A stretch of DNA of 64,000 nt from Desulfurococcaceae archaeon (GCA_020832985.1 JAJHRE010000001.1:28776-92775); one strand, 5' to 3'; shown: positions 38,762-48,336, counted from the stretch's first letter. Program-made: numbers and translations. The notes: generated from the sequence alone by a model not told the origin.

Positions 38762-39754
38762 TTGTGCACGTATGATATGAGGGGTAATGACATGATTAGT
38801 AAGTGGTTACCACTACTTCTGATGACGATGATATTAACTACTAACTTACATGCTGAAGTAGGTGGTGTTAAAGTAGTCACTACTTTCCAATACCTAGCTG
38901 ATGATGTGAAGAACCTGTTATGTGAGGGTGATGAGGTTTACTCATTAGTTCCTCCAGGAGTTGACCCCCACGACTATATGTTAACACCTAAAGATGTTGA
39001 GTTACTTAAACACGCCGACATCATAATCTCAACAGCGCATACCCACTTCGAGGCTAGGATTTCAGAGTTAATTCGTGAGGGGGAGGTGAGGGCTAAACTT
39101 ATAGAAATTCCTAAGATACAGGGTATAGAACTACGTTACATAGCTGGTACAAATATTATTAATTATCACGCTATTACTTACGACATAAATAACTACTTAA
39201 TACTTATGCGTACGATCTCTGAAGAACTTACTACCTTAAGGCCTGAATGTAGATCTGTATACTCTGAGAGGCTTAGAAACATCAGTAATACTGTTGAGGG
39301 GTTGAAGAACTTCACTACCCATATTAACTTAGTAGCTGTTGGTAGTACACCACTAACTCAATACGTTGTTGAAGGCTTAGGTATTAAGGTGATAAAGTAT
39401 TTAGTTGTAGATCATGAAGTACCACCTACACCTAATGATGTTAGTCAAGTGGAGAAACTACTAAGTACTAAATCTGTAGATTTAGTTGTCATTACTAGTG
39501 AGGGGTCTGCTGCTGATGATGTTTTAAGGGATTTAGCGTTGAAGTACTCAATACCTATACTTAACATACCATCACCTATATCACCTGGGGATACGTTAAC
39601 TAAGGTTGAGAGTGTGATTAAACAGTTAAGTAATATCTCTAAGGAGGGTTACCAAGTTATAGATTATTATCAGCAGTACATATTAGTAATCTCTATAATA
39701 GTATTGGTAATAATCTTAGCAATTATTTTGAGAGGTATTTCACGTTGGAGGTGA
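38762..39754 (+). CDS. Metal ABC transporter substrate-binding protein (ZnuA/TroA-like)
   Basis: An N-terminal signal/anchor segment and a periplasmic-binding pattern (...VVTTFQYLADDV...PPGVDPHDY...). It has a C-terminal hydrophobic anchor and is divergent from the ATPase gene. Confidence 0.7.
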   Translation: MCTYDMRGNDMISKWLPLLLMTMILTTNLHAEVGGVKVVTTFQYLADDVKNLLCEGDEVYSLVPPGVDPHDYMLTPKDVELLKHADIIISTAHTHFEARISELIREGEVRAKLIEIPKIQGIELRYIAGTNIINYHAITYDINNYLILMRTISEELTTLRPECRSVYSERLRNISNTVEGLKNFTTHINLVAVGSTPLTQYVVEGLGIKVIKYLVVDHEVPPTPNDVSQVEKLLSTKSVDLVVITSEGSAADDVLRDLALKYSIPILNIPSPISPGDTLTKVESVIKQLSNISKEGYQVIDYYQQYILVISIIVLVIILAIILRGISRWR

Positions 39755-40572
39755 GTCAACTACCTCTACAGGTGAGGTGGTTAATACTAATAATACTTAC
39801 TTCATTAACATACGGTAACTTAAGTGCTTTAGTATCTGCTAAGAGGCTTTACTTCCTAGCATCAGTAACACCTCACTCAGCATTACTAGCAGTGATATTA
39901 GCTGTTATTACTAGTAACACGTTAGGTTTGCTTAACGATTATCTATGGGCTACAGTAATTGGTTGTAGCCTGTTAATCGTAGTAGGTTACTTAATTTATA
40001 GGGGGGTAAATGCTGATATAATAACGTCTCTATATGTAGCATCTACAGCATCATTAAGTGTCTTACTAATGAATTACGTATTAACTAATTATAAGCTCAC
40101 CTACAGCTTATGGAGTATTATATTAGGTGACCCGTTACTGACTACTTGGATGGATGTATTAGCTGTAGCTATAGTAGCGTTATTAACTGAAGTAATCACA
40201 TTAACCACTATTAAGTACCACATATACTCAGGCGTAGATCTAGACTTCCTAAAACTTAGTAGGGGGTATAGGTTAGCCTACGAGTTATTATTCTACCTAT
40301 TACTTGGTATCTCCTCAGTAGCTTTAATTAAGGTTACCGGATTCATCCTACAGCATGTCCTAATATTACTTCCAGCTATAACTGCTGCAAGGGTATGTAG
40401 TAGTAGTAGATGTACCTACATACTAAGTATAATCGTAAGTACTACAGCAGGTGTTTTAGGTTTGGTAATAGCTATACTAGCTAATACCTCACCTTCAGGT
40501 AGTATAGGAGCTATACTCATAAGTATATACTTAACCATGCTACTTAAGAATATAGTCTCGAGAAAATATTAA
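39745..40572 (+). CDS. Metal ABC transporter permease (ZnuB-like)
   Basis: 275 aa and polytopic hydrophobic. It overlaps the binding-protein gene by 10 nt. Confidence 0.75.
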   Translation: MEVSQLPLQVRWLILIILTSLTYGNLSALVSAKRLYFLASVTPHSALLAVILAVITSNTLGLLNDYLWATVIGCSLLIVVGYLIYRGVNADIITSLYVASTASLSVLLMNYVLTNYKLTYSLWSIILGDPLLTTWMDVLAVAIVALLTEVITLTTIKYHIYSGVDLDFLKLSRGYRLAYELLFYLLLGISSVALIKVTGFILQHVLILLPAITAARVCSSSRCTYILSIIVSTTAGVLGLVIAILANTSPSGSIGAILISIYLTMLLKNIVSRKY

Positions 40573-40598
40573 CATTATGAAATCGCTATGAGGGTTAA

Positions 40599-41042
40599 TC
40601 ACTCCTCCTCCGAGAACTCTTCAGCTTCTTCCGACTTACTGATTAAATCAGTAGCTAGTAATTCAATCTCCTTCTTAACTTCTTCATTTATATACGGTGC
40701 TATGATGTAGACCTTATCATCTATTAAATCATCATCAACCCATCTATTCTCATAACTTACTACGTATACCGGGATCCTAGCACTAACCTCAGATGCTGAC
40801 TTCCTACTTAACCCGTACTTTGATAACAACCCATACAACTCCTTACTTAGTGGTAATTTGAATACGACCTCATGCTCATGCTTCATAGCTATTAAGTCTG
40901 AAGTCTTCGGGGACCACTTAGGCAATATCTCCATTAACACATTCTTAACTACTTCCTCTAAATCCTTATCTAAGATTTTAGAATCTACGATCTTACCATA
41001 CTCAATACTTAATACTAAGACTTTACTACTCAAGTCCTTCAC
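40599..41042 (-). CDS. Hypothetical protein with acidic C-terminal tail
   Basis: 147 aa ending ...SKSEEAEEFSEEE. It overlaps the upstream methyltransferase gene by 4 nt. No family was recognised. Confidence 0.4.
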   Translation of the reverse strand: MKDLSSKVLVLSIEYGKIVDSKILDKDLEEVVKNVLMEILPKWSPKTSDLIAMKHEHEVVFKLPLSKELYGLLSKYGLSRKSASEVSARIPVYVVSYENRWVDDDLIDDKVYIIAPYINEEVKKEIELLATDLISKSEEAEEFSEEE

Positions 41043-41524
41043 CTAATGTAGAGGTATATTTTATGCTTTAAATAACCATCACTACATACCTCAACCTTAG
41101 TTGGTGTCCACCCAGGTATTTCAAATTCATGTGATACTACCCTAGTACCTGGTCTCAACTCCTTCTCAAGCTTAGGCTTTAACATACTATTAACACTAGT
41201 TAGTAGGAAAAGTGTTACTACAGTTGCTTCAGATATATCAACGTCGAACATATCATCATGGATTATAAATCCTCTATCATTCAAGTTTAATTCTTCTATT
41301 TTTGTACGGGCTATCTTCACTAAATCATCTCTTATCTCAACACCTACAGCCTTCTTAACTTTAAACTTAGTTAATGCTAGTATAACTATCCTGCCATCAC
41401 CACAACCAAGGTCGTACAGTATATCGTCTTGACCTACATTAGCTATCTGAAGCATCCTCTCAACAACTACCTCAGGTGTAGGTACGTATGGTACTAAAAC
41501 CCTCTTATACTGTGATGAACTCAT
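41039..41524 (-). CDS. Class I SAM-dependent methyltransferase, crenarchaeal aKMT-like protein lysine methyltransferase
   Basis: 161 aa with ...VPYVPTPEVVVERMLQIA...ILYDLGCGDGRIVI...AVGVEI...DISEATVVTLFLL...LKPKLEKELRPGTRVVSHEF. This closely matches my recollection of Sulfolobus aKMT. Confidence 0.65.
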   Translation of the reverse strand: MSSSQYKRVLVPYVPTPEVVVERMLQIANVGQDDILYDLGCGDGRIVILALTKFKVKKAVGVEIRDDLVKIARTKIEELNLNDRGFIIHDDMFDVDISEATVVTLFLLTSVNSMLKPKLEKELRPGTRVVSHEFEIPGWTPTKVEVCSDGYLKHKIYLYIR

Positions 41525-41853
41525 GTCTTACCGCCGATTAAACTCTTAATCTTAGACATTATCTCCTCATAACCTTTCTCAACATCAGGTTTTAACTGAG
41601 CGTCGAATGGTGCCTTAGACAATAATAACACTATCCTACCATCATCTAACTCAGCAAGTAGTTGCGGGAGCCAAGCCATACCTAATTCATCAGTATCCCC
41701 ATGTTCTATTAAGAATACGTAATCTTCATACTTAATCTCCTTCTCAACACCTAATTCCTTAACAACTCTATCAGTTAATGTCATGAAGTACTTATGGAGA
41801 GGGTGGTACTCAGCTGTAACCAATATCAACTTCTTAATACCACTCACACTCAC
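41521..41853 (-). CDS. Hypothetical protein
   Basis: 110 aa with a GTG start. It is the first gene of a three-gene set joined by 4-nt overlaps. No family was recognised. Confidence 0.4.
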   Translation of the reverse strand: MSVSGIKKLILVTAEYHPLHKYFMTLTDRVVKELGVEKEIKYEDYVFLIEHGDTDELGMAWLPQLLAELDDGRIVLLLSKAPFDAQLKPDVEKGYEEIMSKIKSLIGGKT

Positions 41854-41897
41854 ACCAAGGTAAGTAAGTTATGAAGAGTTTTAATACCTATTACAAA

Positions 41898-41956
41898 ACC
41901 ATCAGCCAGTAATTAATACATCATTTAATCAGTTCCCGGATTCCTCCTCACTCAAC
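41898..41956 (-). ncRNA. Candidate C/D-box sRNA
   Basis: Minus strand: C GTGAGGA (41951..41945, one mismatch to RUGAUGA), 12 nt GGAATCCGGGAA, D' CTGA (41932..41929), TTAA, C' ATGATGT (41924..41918), 12 nt ATTAATTACTGG, D CTGA (41905..41902). Confidence 0.4.
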
Positions 41957-42043
41957 ATAATTATATGTGAGACCGTATAAATACTTAATGATTTACCTAA
42001 AGTGTTTTAGTTCTTAAATCACTATTCATTAGTGGTTTAAAGT

Positions 42044-42625
42044 ATGTTGAATAGATTTAGGAAGGTCTTGACACCTATGGCTGAGAGATTAGGTAGTTTC
42101 TTAGGTAGTTTAGGTATTACCCCTAACATGCTTACATCCCTTGCTGTTGTGTTAGCGTTAGCTACAATACCATCAGGTGCTTTAGGTCTTTACTGGTTAA
42201 TCCCTACATTAATAATTACTTCATCACTACTTGACTGGTTAGATGGTGCTGTAGCTAGGGCAACATCTAGAGTCAGTAAGCTAGGTGCTTTCTTAGACTC
42301 TGTACTTGATAGAATTTCAGATATCTCATACCTCATATCATTTAACTACTTAGGTATTGACATACGGTTAATACTAATCGCTATACCTACATCATTACTA
42401 ATTAGCTACATTAGGTGTAGAGCTGAGTCTTTAGGTGTTAGTCTTGAAGGTATAGGGGTTTTAGAAAGAGGTGAGAGGGTGGTTATGATGTTAGTTATAT
42501 CAGTGACGTCCATAGTATTTAGTAAGGTAGTTGGTGACTACTTACTTACCCTAATGGTAGTACTTAGTACGTTAACTATAATACAGAGGTTAGCATATGT
42601 GATTAAGGTGTTGAGTGGTGGGTGA
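42044..42625 (+). CDS. CDP-alcohol phosphatidyltransferase (archaetidyl-inositol/serine/glycerol phosphate synthase class)
   Basis: Signature DWLDGAVARATSRVSKLGAFLDSVLDRISD in a polytopic membrane protein. Confidence 0.85.
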   Translation: MLNRFRKVLTPMAERLGSFLGSLGITPNMLTSLAVVLALATIPSGALGLYWLIPTLIITSSLLDWLDGAVARATSRVSKLGAFLDSVLDRISDISYLISFNYLGIDIRLILIAIPTSLLISYIRCRAESLGVSLEGIGVLERGERVVMMLVISVTSIVFSKVVGDYLLTLMVVLSTLTIIQRLAYVIKVLSGG

Positions 42626-43409
42626 ATATACTGCATGGGTATTTACTATAGGTAATGAGGTAGTTCATGGGAGGGTAATCAACACTAACTCAGCATTCCT
42701 AGGGAGGAAACTAGTGTTATTAGGTTATGAAGTCCTCGGTAATATATCGTTGATAGATGATGTAGACCTGATCTCTAAGTTCTTAAGGTACGTACTACCT
42801 GACTCTAAAGTGATTATAACTACTGGTGGTTTAGGACCTACATACGATGATAGAACCTCAGAAGCTCTAGCTAATGCTTTAGGACTTCAACTAGAATTAA
42901 ATAGTGAAGCTCTTGAGATGGTTAAGAGGAAGTATGAGTCCTTAGGCCTACCACTAACTAAGGAGAGGGTTAAGATGGCTATACTACCTAAAGGTGCTAA
43001 ACCAATACCTAATCCTGTAGGTACTGCACCAGGTATACATTTAGAAATTGATGGTAAGGTTATAATAGCATTACCTGGTGTTCCTAAGGAGATGGAGGTT
43101 ATGTTTGAAGGTTATGTAGAACCCCTACTTAAGTCTATAGGGCCTAAGATCTTCTTCGCAGAACGTGAGTTTGAGGTGAGGAACCTACCGGAATCATCAG
43201 CTGCTGAAGTAGTTAATAAATTACTTAGGAAGTACCCTAACGTATACGTAAAAACACAACCTAAGGGTACTGAACTAGGTAAACCAGTATTAACGGTATA
43301 TGTATGTGTTTCAAGTAAGTCTAAGGAGGAAGCTGAATCAATAATTGATAGTTTAGTTAAGGATTTAAAGGAAGGATTTATAGGTAGTGGAGGTATCATC
43401 AATCACTAA
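42615..43409 (+). CDS. MoCF-biosynthesis/CinA N-terminal-domain protein
   Basis: ...FTIGNEVVHGRVINTNSAFLGRKL...IITTGGLGPTYDDRTSEALA...PNPVGTAPG... Confidence 0.75.
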   Translation: MVGEYTAWVFTIGNEVVHGRVINTNSAFLGRKLVLLGYEVLGNISLIDDVDLISKFLRYVLPDSKVIITTGGLGPTYDDRTSEALANALGLQLELNSEALEMVKRKYESLGLPLTKERVKMAILPKGAKPIPNPVGTAPGIHLEIDGKVIIALPGVPKEMEVMFEGYVEPLLKSIGPKIFFAEREFEVRNLPESSAAEVVNKLLRKYPNVYVKTQPKGTELGKPVLTVYVCVSSKSKEEAESIIDSLVKDLKEGFIGSGGIINH

Positions 43410-43517
43410 ACCTAAGACCTAAATCCCTAACATACAGTAATTACATTATCTTGAATAAATACTGTGGAATTACGGAGTAGTAAGATTTATGAACTTTTAC
43501 AATACGTATAGTAAGGG

Positions 43518-44195
43518 ATTACACTGCCTAAAGTCCCTGTTAAATTAGTTTCATGGGAGGAAATCGTTGAGTGGTCTCGAGGTCTTGCTAGAATCATTAA
43601 AAATTCAGGGTTTAAACCTGATGTTATAGTGGCTATCGCTAGAGGTGGTTACGTACCTGCGAGGCTTCTATGTGACTTCTTAGGTGTTGAGAACCTACTA
43701 TCACTACAGAGTCAGCATTGGACTGAGGCTGCTAAGGTTGCTGAGAAAGCATTAATTAAGTTTAAGTATGTTGTTGATTTAAGCGGTATGAAGGTGTTAA
43801 TAGTTGATGATATTGTAGATACCGGTGAGTCTTTAATACTTGCTAGGGACTTCATCAAGAATGAGTGGAGGCCTGAGGAAGTTAAAATAGCTACGTTGCA
43901 GTGGATTTCCCCAGTAGCTAAGTTAAAACCTGATTACTACTTAATAGAGGTTAAAGAGTGGGTATGGTTCCAATACCCGTGGACTAGACTTGAAGATACT
44001 ACACAATTCATTAAGAGGATGTTGTCTGAGGAAGGTGTTAATAAGAAGGAATGGACATTAGATGAAATCATAAGTAAGTTTAAGGAGTATTACGGTATTG
44101 ATGTAGGTTTAGAATATTATAAGGATGCCTTAGAGATGCTACAGTCCATCAACTTCTTAACGTTTATGAATGGTAAGTATATACTTAAGTCTTAA
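43518..44195 (+). CDS. Purine phosphoribosyltransferase (Gpt/Xpt-like)
   Basis: PRPP motif VLIVDDIVDTGES. The conserved N-terminus ...VKLVSWEEIVEWSRGLARIIKNSGFKPDVIVAIARGGYVPARLL lies upstream of the ORF-track start (GTG 43629). The frame is open from 43515 with no ATG/GTG/TTG, so the 5' end given here (ATT 43518) is provisional. Confidence 0.75.
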   Translation: MTLPKVPVKLVSWEEIVEWSRGLARIIKNSGFKPDVIVAIARGGYVPARLLCDFLGVENLLSLQSQHWTEAAKVAEKALIKFKYVVDLSGMKVLIVDDIVDTGESLILARDFIKNEWRPEEVKIATLQWISPVAKLKPDYYLIEVKEWVWFQYPWTRLEDTTQFIKRMLSEEGVNKKEWTLDEIISKFKEYYGIDVGLEYYKDALEMLQSINFLTFMNGKYILKS

Positions 44196-44736
44196 TTGGA
44201 TAACTACTTAAACTCTTAAGTTTTTCCTCAGCTATTAATTCAGCCTCCCTAATGATATTTTTAGCGTCGTTAACAGCTACTATATTTACTTCCGAATCTC
44301 TGAAAGTACCTCTAGTCTCATGTATTAAATCATTAACTTTATCCTCAATATCCTCAACAATTATGGATATCTCAGGTATATTCTGTGCGTAATTCCTTAA
44401 CTCCTTAACCACCTCCTTAATAGTTGTTAAATCCTTAACTGTTAAGTTGATGATTGTTAAAGTTTCAACCCTAGTAATGAGTACTTCAAGGATTGCAGAC
44501 ATCTTAGCTAATGACTTAGCTAGATTAACTAAACTATCTACTTCCTTAAGTAATCTCCTACCATCACTACCTTCAATACCTAGATAATTCACTTTATCCT
44601 TAATACCCTCAATCTTAGACTCAACCTTACTCAATAAGTAGCTTACCCTACCATGACATAGCTTAAGATAATATAACAGTCTAACAAGGTCATACCTACT
44701 ATCGGCTTTCCTCTTAAAAATTATTAACACCCTCAT
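44185..44736 (-). CDS. Hypothetical coiled-coil protein, possibly ESCRT-III/Snf7 (CdvB-like)
   Basis: 183 aa with a basic N-terminus, long helices, and the segment ...AKMSAILEVLITRVETLTIINLTVKDLTTIKEVVKELRNYAQNIPEISIIVEDIEDKVNDLIHET resembling the alpha2-alpha4 region of Sulfolobus CdvB. The similarity is at pattern level only. Confidence 0.35.
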   Translation of the reverse strand: MRVLIIFKRKADSRYDLVRLLYYLKLCHGRVSYLLSKVESKIEGIKDKVNYLGIEGSDGRRLLKEVDSLVNLAKSLAKMSAILEVLITRVETLTIINLTVKDLTTIKEVVKELRNYAQNIPEISIIVEDIEDKVNDLIHETRGTFRDSEVNIVAVNDAKNIIREAELIAEEKLKSLSSYPIKT

Positions 44737-44900
44737 CTAAACTTATCAGACAATATTTAAGTGCTTTACCGTCCATTAGATGGTATGCCTTCTCTATATT
44801 AGAGAATAATGATCACCAATTAATATGCAATATCTCAGAAATGCATTACCTGAGGAAAATTTATAAGTTGTTTAGGAGTTAATAATTCTTGGAATCTTAA

Positions 44901-44987
44901 CCCGCCGTAGCTCAGCGGTAGAGCGCCCGGCTGTAGTGTGAGGGCGTGGTTACCGGGTGGTCGGGGGTTCGAATCCCCCCGGCGGGA
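44901..44987 (+). tRNA. tRNA-Tyr(GUA) with a canonical 15-nt intron
   Basis: CCCGCCG-TA-GCTC-AGCGGTA-GAGC-G-CCCGG-CTGTAG[intron 44937-44951]A-CCGGG-TGGTC-GGGGG-TTCGAAT-CCCCC-CGGCGGG-A. The C1-G72 pair is the archaeal/eukaryal tRNA-Tyr identity pair. CCA is not encoded. ORFs 44835-45083(-) and the first 78 nt of 44938-45681(+) are artefacts of this gene. Confidence 0.9.
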
Positions 44988-45015
44988 CCTAACAATATAT
45001 TTAACATCTACGGTG

Positions 45016-45681
45016 ATGTCCATAGATAACGACTTACTTACTTCATATAAGGTTTTGAATGATGAGAGAACCTGTAGAAGCATTGATAACTTAAATGTAG
45101 TTGTTATAGGATATACCTACGACCCATCACATGATTCATATCTACTAGCATCTAGATGTACGTATTTAGGTAGGGTTGTAGATTTAGGTTGTGGTTCTGG
45201 TTACTTAACAGCTAAGTTGGTTAGTGTAGGGAATGAAGTTTTATCTATAGATTTAAGTCCTTATGCTGTATTAAGTACTAAAGAAACTTTAATTACTAAT
45301 AACCTCTATAATGAGTACGTCCATATAATCCAAGGGGATGGTCTGAAAATGTTAAGACCTAGTAAGAGTTTCAACGCCGTATTCGTAAATCCTCCATACC
45401 TACCAGTTAAAGAATTTAATGATTGGTTAGGGAGGACGTGGTCTGGAGGTGATGAAGGTGTTGAAGTGTTTCTAAAAATGATTGAGGGTGTTGAGGATAT
45501 TTTAAGAGATGATGGTATGATCTACTTCATATCTTCAACACTATCTAATATTGAGAAGGTTGTAGAACATTTAAGAGGTAAGGGGTTTAAAGTTGATGTA
45601 ATCGATCAGTTATGCTTCTTCATGGAATGTATAAAGCTACTAATCGCTGTGAGGGAATTAAAACAGGACAGAAGTAATTAA
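45016..45681 (+). CDS. HemK/Mtq2-like N5-glutamine (NPPY) methyltransferase
   Basis: SAM motif VVDLGCGSGYLT and catalytic VFVNPPYLP. The start is moved to ATG 45016, downstream of tRNA-Tyr. Confidence 0.7.
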   Translation: MSIDNDLLTSYKVLNDERTCRSIDNLNVVVIGYTYDPSHDSYLLASRCTYLGRVVDLGCGSGYLTAKLVSVGNEVLSIDLSPYAVLSTKETLITNNLYNEYVHIIQGDGLKMLRPSKSFNAVFVNPPYLPVKEFNDWLGRTWSGGDEGVEVFLKMIEGVEDILRDDGMIYFISSTLSNIEKVVEHLRGKGFKVDVIDQLCFFMECIKLLIAVRELKQDRSN

Positions 45682-45742
45682 TGTGTTATAGACTTCCATA
45701 ACGGTTATTAACTTGAGTTCACGTCAATAATACCTGATATCG

Positions 45743-46354
45743 CTATGAACTCCTTAAAAATTCTATTAATTTAATACGTGATTCCATATCAATCAGAAAC
45801 TCCCTTAAGTCCTCTAATAACTTCCTAGCTACATCGACTTTATGCCTAATACCTGGTATTAACGCGTCAGGATAGTCTAGACCTCTAACTCCTTCATATA
45901 TCTCGTTAGCTATGTTGAAGTATACCCAAGCCTCTGAGATATTATTTAACCTGATTAAATTCAGTATATACCTTTTAATCTCCCCGATTAAGTCTAGAAT
46001 ACCTTGGAGGTATGGTATGTAGTGGACCCCTACCTCCTCAGGGGATTTAAGACATCTAAACTTAACTATATTTAAGAACTGTAGGGCTTCTACATACTCT
46101 GAAAGAGCTGTTAAGTAAAGGTTTGAATACTTAAGTTCTGGATGTAGACTGAGCTTACTATCTAGTTCATCTATCTTAAGCTTTAATTTACGTAGTAATT
46201 CCTCAGCCTCATCAAGCCTACCAGTATGTACGTATGTGATGGCCAAGCCCGACTCACGTACTATGTCTCTAGTAGCTCTAATAACCAACTCTCTAACCTC
46301 ATCTTTAATCTTTAAGACCTCATCTATAGCTTTAACATATGTAGATATACTCAC
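45743..46354 (-). CDS. Translin-family protein
   Basis: ...ALSEYVEALQF...YLQGILDLIGEIKRYILN...GIRHKVDVARKLLEDL follows the translin family pattern. The protein is all-helical and about 200 aa. Confidence 0.65.
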   Translation of the reverse strand: MSISTYVKAIDEVLKIKDEVRELVIRATRDIVRESGLAITYVHTGRLDEAEELLRKLKLKIDELDSKLSLHPELKYSNLYLTALSEYVEALQFLNIVKFRCLKSPEEVGVHYIPYLQGILDLIGEIKRYILNLIRLNNISEAWVYFNIANEIYEGVRGLDYPDALIPGIRHKVDVARKLLEDLREFLIDMESRIKLIEFLRSS

Positions 46355-46410
46355 TGGAGACTCCGGTGGATATTAGTGGAGTAGCTTATTATTCCTTTTT
46401 ACCTCCTTAA

Positions 46411-47205
46411 TCACCTACTGTAGTCTAAACATTTTCGACTTATGTAAGCATCACCAACTCTAACGTAATCATCTTCAGGTGTTAGCTTAGGATATGATTC
46501 ATAGACAGTACAGTCAGGAATACCGGCCTGAATAAACGCTCTATGTCTATTCAAACAGCTTTCACACCTACCGCAGTGGTACGTACCACTTAAATAACAA
46601 CTCCAAGTACTGTATATAAGTTTACCTAAGACCCTATAACCTCTTCTTAAATTCTCATACTTCTTCAAACCCTCACGACTTGGACTCCATATCTCAACCT
46701 TCCTACTACCCCTGAAGTGACATATCCTTAAGGCTGTCTGTAAAGCCTCAATACACTCTGGTGAGCAGTCAGGGTATTTAGGCTCCCCCGTATCTACTCT
46801 AGGTTCGACGTCGTCATAGTGAGCACCGTAGATCACATATTCAGCACCGACCGTATAGGCATATGCTGTAGCTATTGAAAGTAAGACTACATTCCTAATC
46901 GGTACAACTACTGTGGGTTCGTAGTCTGAGCTAACACTTACTGACTCATCAGTTAACTGAAGACCTCTCCATAAATCCCTCATGAATGATATATCTATAA
47001 CTTTAAACTCTAAGACCTTACCATCAATACCTAACTTATTAATCTCATCAACTAAGTACTTAGCTATACTTACTTCCTTAACACCCTTCTGACCGTAATT
47101 GAATGTAAGTACATGTGCGTTATACCCTTTAACTAACCATTGAGCTAGGTAGGAGATACTATCAATACCACCACTTACTATAGCTACGAGTAATCTACTC
47201 ATCAC
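46411..47205 (-). CDS. queC: 7-cyano-7-deazaguanine synthase QueC
   Basis: PP-loop [10 protein letters not shown] and a C-terminal zinc cluster ...[18 protein letters not shown]. Confidence 0.85.
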   Translation of the reverse strand: MMSRLLVAIVSGGIDSISYLAQWLVKGYNAHVLTFNYGQKGVKEVSIAKYLVDEINKLGIDGKVLEFKVIDISFMRDLWRGLQLTDESVSVSSDYEPTVVVPIRNVVLLSIATAYAYTVGAEYVIYGAHYDDVEPRVDTGEPKYPDCSPECIEALQTALRICHFRGSRKVEIWSPSREGLKKYENLRRGYRVLGKLIYSTWSCYLSGTYHCGRCESCLNRHRAFIQAGIPDCTVYESYPKLTPEDDYVRVGDAYISRKCLDYSR

Positions 47206-47220
47206 TCATCACTACACACA

Positions 47221-48267
47221 TTAAGTAGGTGTGTTAGTAAGTAGTTTACGTAGGTTTTCATTAATTGGTTTCTCAGCAATTCCTACCTCAGTGATTACAG
47301 CTGATACTAGCTCTGGTGGTGTTATATCGAATGCTGGATTCATAACTTCTACATTAGGTAACGTGATTAACACCTTACCTAATACATACCTTACTTCATT
47401 AGGGTCTCTCTCCTCAATAACTACGTCGTCAACGACAGTCTTAGTATCTATGGTAGATGTAGGTGCTGCTACGTAGAAAGGTATTTTATGTCGATCGGCT
47501 ACTACAGCTATCGTATACGTACCTATCTTATTAATTACATGACCTGAAGTTAAGATCCTATCAGCACCTACAATCACCTTATCTACTAAACCCTTACTCA
47601 TGACGTAGCCAACCATGTTATCAGTAATTAACTTAACAGGGATCCCCTCCTTACTTAACTCCCAAACAGTTAACCTCGCACCCTGGAGTACTGGTCGAGT
47701 CTCAGTAGCTATGACTTTAATCTTCTTACCTGAATACCATGCTGCTCTAATAATACTTAAGGCTGTACCGTACCCAGCAGTTGCTAAAGCACCAGCATTA
47801 CAATGAGTTAATACGACATCACCATCCTCAATTAATCTAAGACCGTTAAGCCCTATCCTCTTATTAACTTCTAAATCCTCATTATATATTCTAATAGCTT
47901 CATTAACTATAACCTCCTTAAGCCCTTCAACACTACCTAAGTAGTTATCAACTAACTTCTTAATCCTATCTAAAGCCCAGAATAAGTTAACAGCTGTAGG
48001 TCTAGTCCTACTAAACCTACTTATAACTTTAGATATGTAGGTCTTAAACTCGTCTAAGTTATTACCACTGAATTTACGTGCTGCTAGAGCTATACCGAAT
48101 GCTGCAGCAACTCCTATAGCTGGAGCTCCTCTAATCTCCATCCTCTCAATAGCGACTGCAAGTCTCTCATAATCATCACTCTCAACGTAAACCTCCTCAT
48201 GCGGTAGTAACATAGTGTTTAACCATCTAACCTTATCACCAAGCCATTCAATAGTCTTAACCTCCAT
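47221..48267 (-). CDS. mtnA: Methylthioribose-1-phosphate isomerase / eIF-2B alpha-beta-delta family
   Basis: ...WLNTMLLPHEEVYVE...AIERMEIRGAPAIGVAAAFG...THCNAGALAT... Confidence 0.8.
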   Translation of the reverse strand: MEVKTIEWLGDKVRWLNTMLLPHEEVYVESDDYERLAVAIERMEIRGAPAIGVAAAFGIALAARKFSGNNLDEFKTYISKVISRFSRTRPTAVNLFWALDRIKKLVDNYLGSVEGLKEVIVNEAIRIYNEDLEVNKRIGLNGLRLIEDGDVVLTHCNAGALATAGYGTALSIIRAAWYSGKKIKVIATETRPVLQGARLTVWELSKEGIPVKLITDNMVGYVMSKGLVDKVIVGADRILTSGHVINKIGTYTIAVVADRHKIPFYVAAPTSTIDTKTVVDDVVIEERDPNEVRYVLGKVLITLPNVEVMNPAFDITPPELVSAVITEVGIAEKPINENLRKLLTNTPT

Positions 48268-48336
48268 AGTAATACCTAGTTATGAGGGTAGAATACACAG
48301 TTATAAGTTTAAAAACAACCTCAATTAGGTAGTTTA

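Noticed and set aside
44835-45083. ORF 44835-45083(-) and the 5' 78 nt of ORF 44938-45681(+).
   Set aside because: Both run through the tRNA-Tyr gene (44901-44987). The methyltransferase CDS was restarted at ATG 45016.
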